From IMG/VR virus record IMGVR_UViG_3300034062_002901, positions 1 to 60,786 of that record: 60,786 nucleotides of DNA. One strand, written 5' to 3'. The position numbers were made by a program, and so were the translations under genes. Position 1 is the first letter of the stretch. Each line of letters begins with the position of its first letter. Source of the DNA: a virus. Taxonomy: Duplodnaviria; Caudoviricetes. Shown in pieces: positions 45,004 through 54,431 of this stretch. The notes under the pieces are model-generated. The model worked only from the letters and a program-made list of their open reading frames with translations. It searched no databases and had not been told where the DNA came from.

Positions 45004-47067
45004 ATGAACAAGAATATGATGAAACAGGGCGACGGAATTGAAAACGTCGGAATCATGCAGGGCTTCATGAACTCCATGTCTGACGAGGGCGACGGAGAAG
45101 ACGAGGGCGAAGACGGCTACGGCACTGAAATGACGATGGAGCGCCGACCTGATTCCCCTGAAATACTGATGAACAACCTACGGGGCGACATGCGCTCTAT
45201 CGACGCTCGTCGTGACGAGTTAGCCGACCTCGTAGGTTACCAAGCTGCTACTGAGACGCCTGAGCAGGTGCTTGCAATGCTGCAGCCTATTCTTGCGCAG
45301 CAAGGTGGTGGCGGTATTGGCGCGCTGCCCCAATCACAAGACATGGCCCAAGGGCCACAGCCCCCGATGATGGGTGGCGCTCCTAATATGCCTCCTCCCG
45401 GCATGCCCCCGATGCCTCCTCCCGGCATGCCCCCGATGCCTCCTGACGCCGGTATGGCGCCACCTCCCGACCAAGGCGGCATTGCCGCGCTGATGGCGGG
45501 CATGGGTGCTGCCGGCAGCGCACCCCCTGCCGAGCAGGGTATGGCGCCACCTCAGGGCCAGCCAATGGCCATGGCAAGAGGAGGCTACGTCCAAAATTTT
45601 CAAACAGGGTCTAACGAAGAAGGCGTGACCCCTGTTGGACAAAGCCCTTCCGAAGACTTGATGATGTACCCCCCTGACATGGTGGCTGCGGCAAAGAAAG
45701 CTTCCTTGGACTTGTTCCAGCAGCAGCCTGCTGCCACGCAGACCTTGGGGCAGGCCACTGCATCACGCCTGCCAGAGTACACCAAGCTGCTGGGTGCTGA
45801 CCGGGGCGCGTCTGAGGCGCAGATGCTGTTTGATCTCGGACAACGGGCCTTTGGCTTTGCTGGCAATGTGGACGACTCAGGTCGCCCACTGCGCGGCAGC
45901 TTCATGGCGCGCTTGGCCGGGGCCGCCCGCACATTGCCCGCTGCCATGGGCAAACGCATTGACGAGATTAGCAAGATTGACCGGCAGATCAAAATACTGG
46001 CTCTCCAGCAGGGCGAGAAAAGCATCGAGCAAGTTACCGCTCAGAATAACGAGCTGCAAAAGCGCAAAGGCAGCCTGATCAACGAAGTACTGCGCGCCCA
46101 AGCAAAAGTCGACGCCAAGAAGGCCGGGGAAAAGCCCACAGGCCCCCTCGGCAAAGGCAGCAAGGGCGACATCTTGAACAACATCATTGAGTTTGCTCCG
46201 CTGTTTCAAGCAGGCTCTTTGACGCCAAGCCAAGAGAACGCCTTTATGACGGCTGTCACGGACTACACGCAGCCGACGACGATTGAGACCACAGACCCTG
46301 AGACAGGTCTCAAGTCCCTGCGCACGCAGCGCAATCAGCTGCCTAAGTTTGTCACAGACGCATTGAATGCCCGACGCCCCGGCAGCGCGCCTGCTCCGCT
46401 TTCCGTCACGGGCGCCGTCGGTGGTGCGGCGCGTCCAGCGCTTAGTACGGCCCCAGCAGTGGCTCCCCTTATGGGGGCGACTTCGGACAATGTGGCACCT
46501 GAGGTTTTCCAAGCGGCTGCTGCGGCTCCCAAGTCGAGCTTTTTTGACTTGGCCGCCACAGGTACGGGCTTTGTCCCCGTGCTGGTTGCAGGCGCTGCGC
46601 GCAACGTGCCTTTGGACGTGGCGGGCAGGATGGCCCCTGACTTCCAGCAGAGCACTGCCATGCTGGAAAGCATGACCAATCGGGTGGTTAACGTCTTGCA
46701 AGAGAACCCCCGTTTTGCTGATGCCGAGCGTAAACAGATTTTGGGCGAGCTCAACATCGCTCCTCGATTGTTTGCTAACAAGAACGGCTACATCAACCAA
46801 ATCATCGCTTTGGACAACGTGGTTGAAGGGCTTCAGGGCAGGGCGGAAAGAGTCCGGGACGAGCCAAAGACCGGCATCACAGCGCGTAACGACGCTATCA
46901 AGAAGCTTGAGGACATCGCCTCTATCCGCGATCTTTTTGGTATCCAGCAGCGCACGATCACTGACCCCAAAGTGTGGGCAACATTGCCCCCGGGTGAGTA
47001 CGTCGTGATCAATCCCCAAACAGGGTTTAAAGAAGTGCGCCCTAAATACCAAGGTCCTGCAAGGTAA
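45004..47067 (+). CDS. Internal virion protein 3
   Basis: Position; low-complexity Pro/Met segment. Confidence 0.6.
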   Translation: MNKNMMKQGDGIENVGIMQGFMNSMSDEGDGEDEGEDGYGTEMTMERRPDSPEILMNNLRGDMRSIDARRDELADLVGYQAATETPEQVLAMLQPILAQQGGGGIGALPQSQDMAQGPQPPMMGGAPNMPPPGMPPMPPPGMPPMPPDAGMAPPPDQGGIAALMAGMGAAGSAPPAEQGMAPPQGQPMAMARGGYVQNFQTGSNEEGVTPVGQSPSEDLMMYPPDMVAAAKKASLDLFQQQPAATQTLGQATASRLPEYTKLLGADRGASEAQMLFDLGQRAFGFAGNVDDSGRPLRGSFMARLAGAARTLPAAMGKRIDEISKIDRQIKILALQQGEKSIEQVTAQNNELQKRKGSLINEVLRAQAKVDAKKAGEKPTGPLGKGSKGDILNNIIEFAPLFQAGSLTPSQENAFMTAVTDYTQPTTIETTDPETGLKSLRTQRNQLPKFVTDALNARRPGSAPAPLSVTGAVGGAARPALSTAPAVAPLMGATSDNVAPEVFQAAAAAPKSSFFDLAATGTGFVPVLVAGAARNVPLDVAGRMAPDFQQSTAMLESMTNRVVNVLQENPRFADAERKQILGELNIAPRLFANKNGYINQIIALDNVVEGLQGRAERVRDEPKTGITARNDAIKKLEDIASIRDLFGIQQRTITDPKVWATLPPGEYVVINPQTGFKEVRPKYQGPAR

Positions 47068-47073
47068 CAAGAC

Positions 47074-50000
47074 ATGGCAAAAGCTCCTACCATTGACGAT
47101 CTGTTCCCCACTGGAACACGGCCCGAGGCTGGCCCAAGCCCCGCAGAGATCGAGGCAGCGAGCAGGCCTGCGTTTTACCCTAAGGCAGGGCAAAGCACCG
47201 CGCCAACGGGACAAGCGCCTCAAGCGGGCTCTTTGGATGAGCTGTTCCCCACAGGCGGGTTACCTGAGCCAGGCCTTGGCGACTACGCCGGAACGGTGGC
47301 CAAGGGTGCTGCCGCCGGCGCACTCCGTGATTCGCCAGTCGTGGCCGGTGCCCTGTCGGGCTTTAAGCTGGGCATGCCCTTGGCCGCAAAAGCAGCCCCC
47401 TTTATCGGGGGCGTTGCCGCAGGCATTCCGCTGGTCACCACCGCAGTTGGCGGCTACTTGGGCTACCAAGCTGGTCAAGCGGCTGAGGGCTTCATTCCCG
47501 AGGAGACCGACCCACGGCTCGTGCCTTACCGAGAAGGAGGAAAAACCTTTGGCTCGTCTATTGCCACTGCTCCCGCTGCGTTCTTCTTGCCCACTGCTGG
47601 CCCCACCGCTGGACGTGTGGCCAAGTTTGTTTCGGGTATTGGAGAGACAGCGCGCCGCAGCCCCGGCGTGTTCATGGCCACTGAAGGCCTGACCGCCGCC
47701 AGCATGGGCTTGGCCGGTGGCGCAGCAGAAACCTACCGTCCTGGCCAAGAAGGCGTGCGCTTTGGTGCGGAGCTGGGCGCAGGCTTGCTGACTCCAACCA
47801 AATTGCTGCTTAGTGGCGTTGATTTGGCCAAGACAGGCTTGTCGTCTATCAAAGGCGCTGCGGGCGGCCGCAGTGCTGCTACGGAACGAAAGGCTGTCGG
47901 CCTTTTGCTCGACGCCCTGAACAAGAGCGGCGAGGACTCAGACGCGCTGATTAAGGCGCTGCGCACGCAGCTGCCCGGCACCGTTCCGTCCCCCACGGCT
48001 GGCCAAAAGACTGGCAGCCAAGCGCTCATGGACTTGGAAGCATCCCTTGGCAACCACCGCGCCCAGTTTGGCGGCGAGACTGCCAAGCAAGGTCGCACTG
48101 CGTTTTTAGCCTACCAAGAACTGGTGGGTAAGCTGCAAGAACTCGGCGACCCACAGGCTTTGCGAATCGCGGCCGAGCTGCAGCAAAAGCGCTTTGACAA
48201 CATGATCGAGACGCGTCTGTCGTTGGCCGACGCCAACGCAGCCGCCAAGATTGCTAGGATCACCAAGGACACCCCCGAGGCTCGCAAGCAAATTGGCCAG
48301 TTGGTCAAAAACGAGACCGAACTGGCCTTGGCTGAGACACGTGATGTAGAGGGTCAACTGTGGACCTCTGCGCTGGAAAGCTTGACCAAGCCTGTGACAA
48401 CCATGCAGGTGTCCAAGGTGCCGATGGAAGGCATTGAGGCGCAGCGCATCTTTGACCGCACTGGCAAGCGTCCGATGATAAGCCTTCCTGCCATGCCGAT
48501 CAGAAAAGCCCCAACACTGGTGCCCACTGCAACGGCGGACTCTTTCTTGGCACGTGCGTCCGAAATGGGTCCTGCCCTGTTCGACGAGATTCCTCCGCAG
48601 GTACGCAAGATCATGGGGACTTTCGGCATTGACGAGTCCTCAGTGGCCCAGTTCCGTAACGGCAAGCTCTCCGATGACTATCTGCAGACCGGTCGAGTGC
48701 CCTCGAACTTCATGCCAAAGATCAAGGAACAGCCCGTTCAAGACATGGTGAACTACCGGTCTACTTTGCTGAAGATGGCACGTGATTCGGCAGGAGCGGG
48801 CGACGCCAACAAGGCTAGCTTCTTCAGCAACATGGCCGACGGCATGATGCGGGACCTGGACACGCTCCAAGACCCGATGTATGACCAAGCGCGCCAGTTC
48901 TCGCGCTCGCTCAACGACGTCTTTACCCGCACTTACGCCAACACAGTCGGCGCTGTGGCCAAGACAGGCAGGGATCGTGTGCCGCCAGAGACGCTGGTGC
49001 TCAACGCCTTTAGTGGCAACGCCGACCAGACCGCTCTGCGGATGAAGGAAATCGAAGACGCTGTCGGCTTCATGCGCACGCAGTACCGCGAGGTTGTCAA
49101 ACAGTTCGGCATCGACAGCCCGCAAGCCCAACAGCTCCTGCCCCTAGCCCGCGCTGCAACCACCAACGTCGCGTCCGTTCGTGACGCGCATAACCGTGTG
49201 CTGCGTTTGGCTGCTGCAAATTCCATAGAGGTCGTTCCAGGACGTGATCCGGGGACTTTTGTCCAGAAGGTCAACTTGGGCAAGCTCACCAAGTTTGCGC
49301 AGCAAAATGCCCCTCTGTTGGAAAAGATGGGCATCATGGGAGACTTGCGGGACGCGGCCCACGCGTCTAACTTGCTCACCCAAGTGACCAACGAGAACAG
49401 CGCGCTGTCCAAAGTAGCCAAGAATCAATCCGCCTTTGCCCAGATGTTGACCGCCGAGAGCCCTACCGTCGTGATTGCGGACAGCTTAAATGGCCGCTTC
49501 CCAGTTAAAAGCATCAACGGCTTGGTGGACTTGGCCAAGAAGGGCGGCCCTGACGCGCTGGACGGTTTGAAATCCTCGCTGTTTGACTACGCCTACACAA
49601 AGGCCAACGGCTACAGCGGCAAGTTCAGCCCTGACGCCTATTCAACAGCCATGTTTGAGCCGCTCGGCCGCAACCAGCCGTCGCTTGTAAACATCATGCG
49701 CAGCAACGGGCTGATGACCTTGACAGAGATGTCAAACCTCAAAAAGCTCCTTACGCCAATGCAGCGCATTGAGACTGCCATCAAGAACAACATTCCCTAC
49801 GAGGACGTGATTCAAGGGGCGGATGCGGTGACCGAGCTGGCGCTGCGTGTTGCGGGTGCTCAGATTGGCACAGCCGCTGCACCCAGCGGCCCCGGTAGTC
49901 TGATTGCAGCCTCCGCAGGCTCCAAGGCGGTGCGCCAAATCTTTGACGCGTTGCCCAATGCCACCGTGCGCACCATTTTGGAGAACGCGGCCAAGGACCC

Positions 50001-50406
50001 TCAGGCCATGGCCCTACTCCTGCAAAAAGGGCGCACGGAAAAAGAGCAGATCGACATCGCCAACAAGCTGATTAACTACGTGGGCTCATTGGGTGTGTCG
50101 ATTGGCAAGAGCGCTGTCACTCCTGCGTTGAACTACCTGTCCGCAGATAGCGACCGCCCCGCTCCGACTGCTCAAACGTCACCGTTCACGCAACAAGGCC
50201 AAGCGGCGCGCCAGTTACGCCAACTACCCACAGCTCCGGGAACACGTGGTGTGCCGGGGCTCAATAAAGCGGACGAAAAGAAGCCCCCAAGCGGCCCGCA
50301 GTCCAGTGGCCCGCCAACTAAAGCCAACGCTCGCAGCATGTACGCCTCGCTGTTCCCGTTTGACACAGTCAGCCCTATGGCGGCTGCTCAACCGGCGCCG
50401 CAGTAA
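47074..50406 (+). CDS. Large internal virion protein 4 (1110 aa)
   Basis: Last gene of the structural operon; Ala-rich helical. Confidence 0.6.
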   Translation: MAKAPTIDDLFPTGTRPEAGPSPAEIEAASRPAFYPKAGQSTAPTGQAPQAGSLDELFPTGGLPEPGLGDYAGTVAKGAAAGALRDSPVVAGALSGFKLGMPLAAKAAPFIGGVAAGIPLVTTAVGGYLGYQAGQAAEGFIPEETDPRLVPYREGGKTFGSSIATAPAAFFLPTAGPTAGRVAKFVSGIGETARRSPGVFMATEGLTAASMGLAGGAAETYRPGQEGVRFGAELGAGLLTPTKLLLSGVDLAKTGLSSIKGAAGGRSAATERKAVGLLLDALNKSGEDSDALIKALRTQLPGTVPSPTAGQKTGSQALMDLEASLGNHRAQFGGETAKQGRTAFLAYQELVGKLQELGDPQALRIAAELQQKRFDNMIETRLSLADANAAAKIARITKDTPEARKQIGQLVKNETELALAETRDVEGQLWTSALESLTKPVTTMQVSKVPMEGIEAQRIFDRTGKRPMISLPAMPIRKAPTLVPTATADSFLARASEMGPALFDEIPPQVRKIMGTFGIDESSVAQFRNGKLSDDYLQTGRVPSNFMPKIKEQPVQDMVNYRSTLLKMARDSAGAGDANKASFFSNMADGMMRDLDTLQDPMYDQARQFSRSLNDVFTRTYANTVGAVAKTGRDRVPPETLVLNAFSGNADQTALRMKEIEDAVGFMRTQYREVVKQFGIDSPQAQQLLPLARAATTNVASVRDAHNRVLRLAAANSIEVVPGRDPGTFVQKVNLGKLTKFAQQNAPLLEKMGIMGDLRDAAHASNLLTQVTNENSALSKVAKNQSAFAQMLTAESPTVVIADSLNGRFPVKSINGLVDLAKKGGPDALDGLKSSLFDYAYTKANGYSGKFSPDAYSTAMFEPLGRNQPSLVNIMRSNGLMTLTEMSNLKKLLTPMQRIETAIKNNIPYEDVIQGADAVTELALRVAGAQIGTAAAPSGPGSLIAASAGSKAVRQIFDALPNATVRTILENAAKDPQAMALLLQKGRTEKEQIDIANKLINYVGSLGVSIGKSAVTPALNYLSADSDRPAPTAQTSPFTQQGQAARQLRQLPTAPGTRGVPGLNKADEKKPPSGPQSSGPPTKANARSMYASLFPFDTVSPMAAAQPAPQ

Positions 50407-51088
50407 TGCGTGACGTCTCGTAGGCTTGTACCCGCTCCATCCACTGGGCCTTGAAGGTCTGCCATTCTCGGCCCGTGATGGTGAACTCTTGGGTCGTTCC
50501 ATCCTGCACGGAAACCAGCACGGCGGCAAAATCAATGTCGGTCCCGTACATTGCGTCGTGGGCCATGGCATATGCTGCGAGCTGGTGAAAATAATCGGTA
50601 ATGTACTCGTAGCGCTTGGACTTGACCGACTGCTTAAAGTCGATAATGGCCAGCTTGCCTCGGTACGTGGCCACCATGTCCGTCGTGCCGGCGTACCGGT
50701 GCCCGTAGTGCAGTGACACCTCCGAACCGTGAATCTTGGAGATCGCACCGAAGTACTTGTTGGCCAAGGTAAACGCCATCTGGTGGCCCTTCATGGCCAG
50801 CCAATCACGGCCAACGGCCAACGGCTTGCCCTCCAAGATGCATTCTAAGGTGTAGTGCATGGTGGTGCCGATGTAGGAGGCCTGCTCTTTTTGCCTGTCA
50901 GCTTCTGCTTGGCCAATGCGCTCGGCCCATGCTATGAGCGCGGTCTTGTCCTTGGTGCTGTCCAAGATTGTTGTGACGGAGGGGACGTGTTCATTATTTG
51001 GCAAAACGTATACACGTCCCGTAGACGCGTCGATTCTTTCGAGTTTTTTATACACAAACTCGTTTGACCAAGGAATCAGATCAGCCAT
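50375..51088 (-). CDS. PD-(D/E)XK exonuclease
   Basis: PSVTTIL, GT.MH, E..L....YAGTTD, IIDFKQ, QL.AY motifs. Confidence 0.85.
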   Translation of the reverse strand: MADLIPWSNEFVYKKLERIDASTGRVYVLPNNEHVPSVTTILDSTKDKTALIAWAERIGQAEADRQKEQASYIGTTMHYTLECILEGKPLAVGRDWLAMKGHQMAFTLANKYFGAISKIHGSEVSLHYGHRYAGTTDMVATYRGKLAIIDFKQSVKSKRYEYITDYFHQLAAYAMAHDAMYGTDIDFAAVLVSVQDGTTQEFTITGREWQTFKAQWMERVQAYETSRITAAPVEQPP

Positions 51089-52527
51089 GTTTTCATTTCC
51101 TCTCCAAGCACTTGGGTTGCAATGTCGATCTTTGCGCGCAAGGCTTTGACGATCTTTTCGTCAATGGTGCCCACGGCGATCAGGTCAATGTACGTCACGT
51201 TTTTGGTCTGGCCAATACGGTGGGCGCGGTCCTCAGATTGAAGGCGCTTTTCCAAATCGAAGCTGTTGCTGTAGTAGACCATGGTGTTGGCGGCCGTCAG
51301 GGTCAAGCCGTAGCCGCCGGTGCTGGGATTGCCAACGAAAAAGCGCATCTCACTGTCAGGCTTTTGGAACTCCTCCAGCACGCGCTTGCGCTCGTCCATG
51401 TCCGTGTCTCCGTAGTACATGCCCACGGCGTTCATCCCGTACTCCTTTGAAAGCGCCATCTTGATGGCCTCAATGTCGTGCCGATAGTTGGCCCAAATGA
51501 TGAGTTTGCCGTCTGTTTCTTCAACGATGGCCATCAGCTCGTCAATGCGCTTATTGGGCAATTCAATGATAGTGCCGTCGTCGAGCTTAACGTGTCCACA
51601 GACGATCTGGTGCAGGCGCATGAGCTGCGTGAGCGCATTGACGGTGCTCACCAAGCCGCCATCAATCTGGGCCATGGCGTAGGCCTTCATCTCGTTGTAG
51701 TATTTGAGCTGCTCAGGCGTCAGGTCCACCTCCCGCTTGACGTACAACTTGTCTGGCAGGTCTAAGCACTCCTCCTTTTTGACGCGATAAGCAAAGCGAT
51801 CGAGCTTTTCCTTTAGCTCGTCCAAGCGCCTGTAGCCTACCACCTGCTTGAAAGTGTGGGTGTTGAGCTGGCGCTCCACTGTCACGGCGTAGCGCGCTTG
51901 GAAGACGTAGTAGCTACTAACATTCAGGCAGCCGTCAGACAGGAATGCGCACTGCTGGTACAGGTCCATGGGGCTCTTGGTGACCGGGGAGCCCGTGAGG
52001 ATGCGCCTGAACCGCGCGCCACGGCCCACCTTCTCAGTGTTCTTGCTACGCGCCGAGCCTGGCGTCTTAATGGTGGTGCTCTCGTCGATCGCCATCAAGG
52101 CGTTGTGCACAAGCAAAAAGCGCTTGGCGTATGCAGTGCCTTTGGCGGTGCTGAAAGCCTCGACGTTCATCACCAAAATCTTGAGGTCTTCAGTGACGGT
52201 GAACAGCTCGTCCAAAGCCTTTTGTTCCGCCTTGCGGGGCGACGGAGACCAGATAGCCATGCGGTGAACGACGTGCTCGGGTAAGTGCTTAGGGATTTCT
52301 GTGTCGTACCAGTTGCGGTAGACCCCCTTTGGGGCTACGATCAAAAATCCATTGATCTTCCCCTTATCGTAGAGCATGGCCACGTTGTTGATCAGCATGA
52401 AACTTTTGCCTGTGCCCATGTCAGCAAAGAGCGCTGCTACTGGGTATTCCCAGAAGCGCTGAAGGTAAGCCTGTTGATGAACAAAGGGCTTGTTCTTGAA
52501 GGGGTAGGTCGATAAAAAGTGGTCCAT
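51076..52527 (-). CDS. SNF2-like SF2 helicase
   Basis: DMGTGKS, IDES, LTGSP, GGYGLTL and QSEDRAHRIGQ motifs. Confidence 0.9.
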   Translation of the reverse strand: MDHFLSTYPFKNKPFVHQQAYLQRFWEYPVAALFADMGTGKSFMLINNVAMLYDKGKINGFLIVAPKGVYRNWYDTEIPKHLPEHVVHRMAIWSPSPRKAEQKALDELFTVTEDLKILVMNVEAFSTAKGTAYAKRFLLVHNALMAIDESTTIKTPGSARSKNTEKVGRGARFRRILTGSPVTKSPMDLYQQCAFLSDGCLNVSSYYVFQARYAVTVERQLNTHTFKQVVGYRRLDELKEKLDRFAYRVKKEECLDLPDKLYVKREVDLTPEQLKYYNEMKAYAMAQIDGGLVSTVNALTQLMRLHQIVCGHVKLDDGTIIELPNKRIDELMAIVEETDGKLIIWANYRHDIEAIKMALSKEYGMNAVGMYYGDTDMDERKRVLEEFQKPDSEMRFFVGNPSTGGYGLTLTAANTMVYYSNSFDLEKRLQSEDRAHRIGQTKNVTYIDLIAVGTIDEKIVKALRAKIDIATQVLGEEMKTWLI

Positions 52528-52533
52528 GATGTA

Positions 52534-52610
52534 TCTCTTTCTGGCAGGGGTTGCAGACTCCTGAAAAGGCAGTGTACACTGGGTGCTCGAATTTAAGAAA
52601 GGAGAAATTT
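52534..52610. promoter_or_regulatory. Divergent promoter region (TTGCAG-N18-TACACT; palindromic AGTGTACACT) with AGAAAG RBS motifs on both strands
   Basis: Lies between divergent replication genes. Confidence 0.5.
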
Positions 52611-52612
52611 AG

Positions 52613-52957
52613 ATGCCAACCGTTTACGTTGTCTCAGAGACTACGACACACAACATTGCAAGCGCTCTGGACTATGGCCAGATTGAAACAATTTTGCCTC
52701 CCAATGCGCAGATAGCTTTCTCCGTTGTGCCGACAGTCCGCCGCATCCAGCGTAAGTTGGATAAATTTTCCGATGAGGACTTCTTGCTCCTCATTGGAGA
52801 CCCCTCTGCCATAGGCATTGCCTGTGCAGTAGCTGCCAGTAAAAACAATGGCCGCTTTAAGTGCCTCAAGTGGGATAAGCGCGAGCGTCGCTACATCCCA
52901 TTGGAGGTTGATCTTTTTAAGAAAGGAGAAATCGATGAGTCTTACGACTACTTTTGA
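52613..52957 (+). CDS. Hypothetical protein
   Basis: AAAGGAG RBS. Confidence 0.75.
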   Translation: MPTVYVVSETTTHNIASALDYGQIETILPPNAQIAFSVVPTVRRIQRKLDKFSDEDFLLLIGDPSAIGIACAVAASKNNGRFKCLKWDKRERRYIPLEVDLFKKGEIDESYDYF

Positions 52958-53489
52958 AGATGACGCAGGTGCCTACAAGGTAGCTGACACTCAAATTGCC
53001 GGTATCGCGGGCCTTGCTAGGCGCGCAAAGATGCTGGAAAAAGAGATTACCGATATGGAGGAAACCCTCAAGGAGCGAAGCGAGCAGTTCCGAAAGCTCA
53101 CCGAGCAAACGATACCTGAGGCCATGGCCGAAGTTGGCATGAAGAAGTTCGTGATGGAAGACGGCAGCACTATTGATGTCAAGCCGTTCTACAGTGCGAG
53201 CATTCCTAAGGCCCGGCAGTCAGAAGCCCATCAATGGCTTAGAGACCACGGCTTTGATGACATTATTAAAAATACCATCAGCGTCCGTTTCGGTCGCGGT
53301 GAGGACGAGCTGTCAGCTCGTTTACTAAATCTCTTGGGCACGCAAGGCTACCCGGCCGAGCAGGCGCAGAAGATAGAGCCCCAAACCCTTAAGGCTTGGG
53401 TTAAAGAGCGTGTTGAGAAGGGACAGATTGTCGACACAAAACTTTTTGGCGTATTTATTGGCCAAAAAGCTACCATTAAATCAAACTGA
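52935..53489 (+). CDS. Replication-module hypothetical protein
   Basis: AAAGGAG RBS before ATG 52935; WLR..G..DIIKN and P.TLKAWV.E motifs. Confidence 0.7.
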   Translation: MSLTTTFEDDAGAYKVADTQIAGIAGLARRAKMLEKEITDMEETLKERSEQFRKLTEQTIPEAMAEVGMKKFVMEDGSTIDVKPFYSASIPKARQSEAHQWLRDHGFDDIIKNTISVRFGRGEDELSARLLNLLGTQGYPAEQAQKIEPQTLKAWVKERVEKGQIVDTKLFGVFIGQKATIKSN

Positions 53490-53506
53490 AAAAAGGAAAA
53501 TGAATC

Positions 53507-54280
53507 ATGGCTAAAAACGAAGTTGCAGCACAAACCGCCAATACTGCACTGGCAATCGTGGGGGACTTGGAGCAAGATGCCGGAGCCGGCTTTGACGGCA
53601 TGACGCAAGACGATTACGCGCTGCCGTTCCTGCGTTTGCTGACCAGCACGAGCCCCGAAGTTGGCGACATGGATGGCGCACTGCCCGGCATGATGCTCAA
53701 TTCGGTTACCGGCGAGCTGTTTGACGGCAAGAAGGGTATTTTTGTTGTGCCTTGCGCCTACGTGCGCCAGTACATCGAGTGGATGCCGCGCGGCCAAGGC
53801 AGCGGAGCGCCTGTGCACATCTATCCGGCTACCAGCGACATCCTGTCCCAGACTCACAAGGAGCCTGGCGACAACAAGGATTACTTGGACAACGGGAATT
53901 ACATTGAGAACACCGCGAATTACTACGTCATGTTGGTTAATGAGGCAGGTTTTCCAGAGCCAGCGCTCATTACCATGAAGTCCACGCAGCTCAAAAAGAG
54001 CCGCAAGTGGAATTCGATGATGCAGTCAGTCAAGATGGCCGGCAAAAACGGCATGTTCACGCCCCCGATGTACAGTCAAACATACCGTCTGACCACAGTG
54101 GCCGAGTCCAACGACAAGGGCAAATGGTACGGCTGGGAAATTGAGCGTGTGGGCGCCGTTGACAAGGCAGACATCTACAATGTTGCCAAGACTTTTGCGC
54201 AGTCCGTGGGCTCTGGTGACGTGAAAGTTAAGCACGAGAGCGAAACGGGAGCAGCAGCAGGTTCGGCACCGCCGTTCTAA
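53507..54280 (+). CDS. Putative ssDNA-binding / annealing protein
   Basis: Position before primase; aromatic C-terminal PF tail. Confidence 0.55.
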   Translation: MAKNEVAAQTANTALAIVGDLEQDAGAGFDGMTQDDYALPFLRLLTSTSPEVGDMDGALPGMMLNSVTGELFDGKKGIFVVPCAYVRQYIEWMPRGQGSGAPVHIYPATSDILSQTHKEPGDNKDYLDNGNYIENTANYYVMLVNEAGFPEPALITMKSTQLKKSRKWNSMMQSVKMAGKNGMFTPPMYSQTYRLTTVAESNDKGKWYGWEIERVGAVDKADIYNVAKTFAQSVGSGDVKVKHESETGAAAGSAPPF

Positions 54281-54284
54281 GTTT

Positions 54285-54412
54285 TGGGGGACACATGTGG
54301 CTCGTTGGACCACCCGGGTTAAGCATGTGTTCAACCTTGCCCGAAGCGCAGAGTCGAGGGACTTGCAATTACCTCGACAGCCAGAAGGCAGTAAACCGTA
54401 GCGTGTCCCCCA
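54285..54412 (+). ncRNA. Candidate multi-stem structured RNA / ssDNA element
   Basis: 10-bp closing stem TGGGGGACAC/GTGTCCCCCA and an inner GTCGAGG/CCTCGAC hairpin. Confidence 0.45.
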
Positions 54413-54431
54413 CCCTCACTAGAAAGAAGAA

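Noticed and set aside
42700-47223. Long minus-strand ORFs (392, 294 and 448 aa)
   Set aside because: Antisense shadows of GC-rich, Gln/Ala-rich plus-strand genes
50375-51088. Cas4 / CRISPR adaptation gene
   Set aside because: Lacks the four-Cys Fe-S cluster pattern; it looks like a typical stand-alone phage exonuclease
54353-54378. tRNA-Cys (TTGCAA loop)
   Set aside because: No recognisable T-arm GTTCRA in the right position, no cloverleaf spacing and no CCA end
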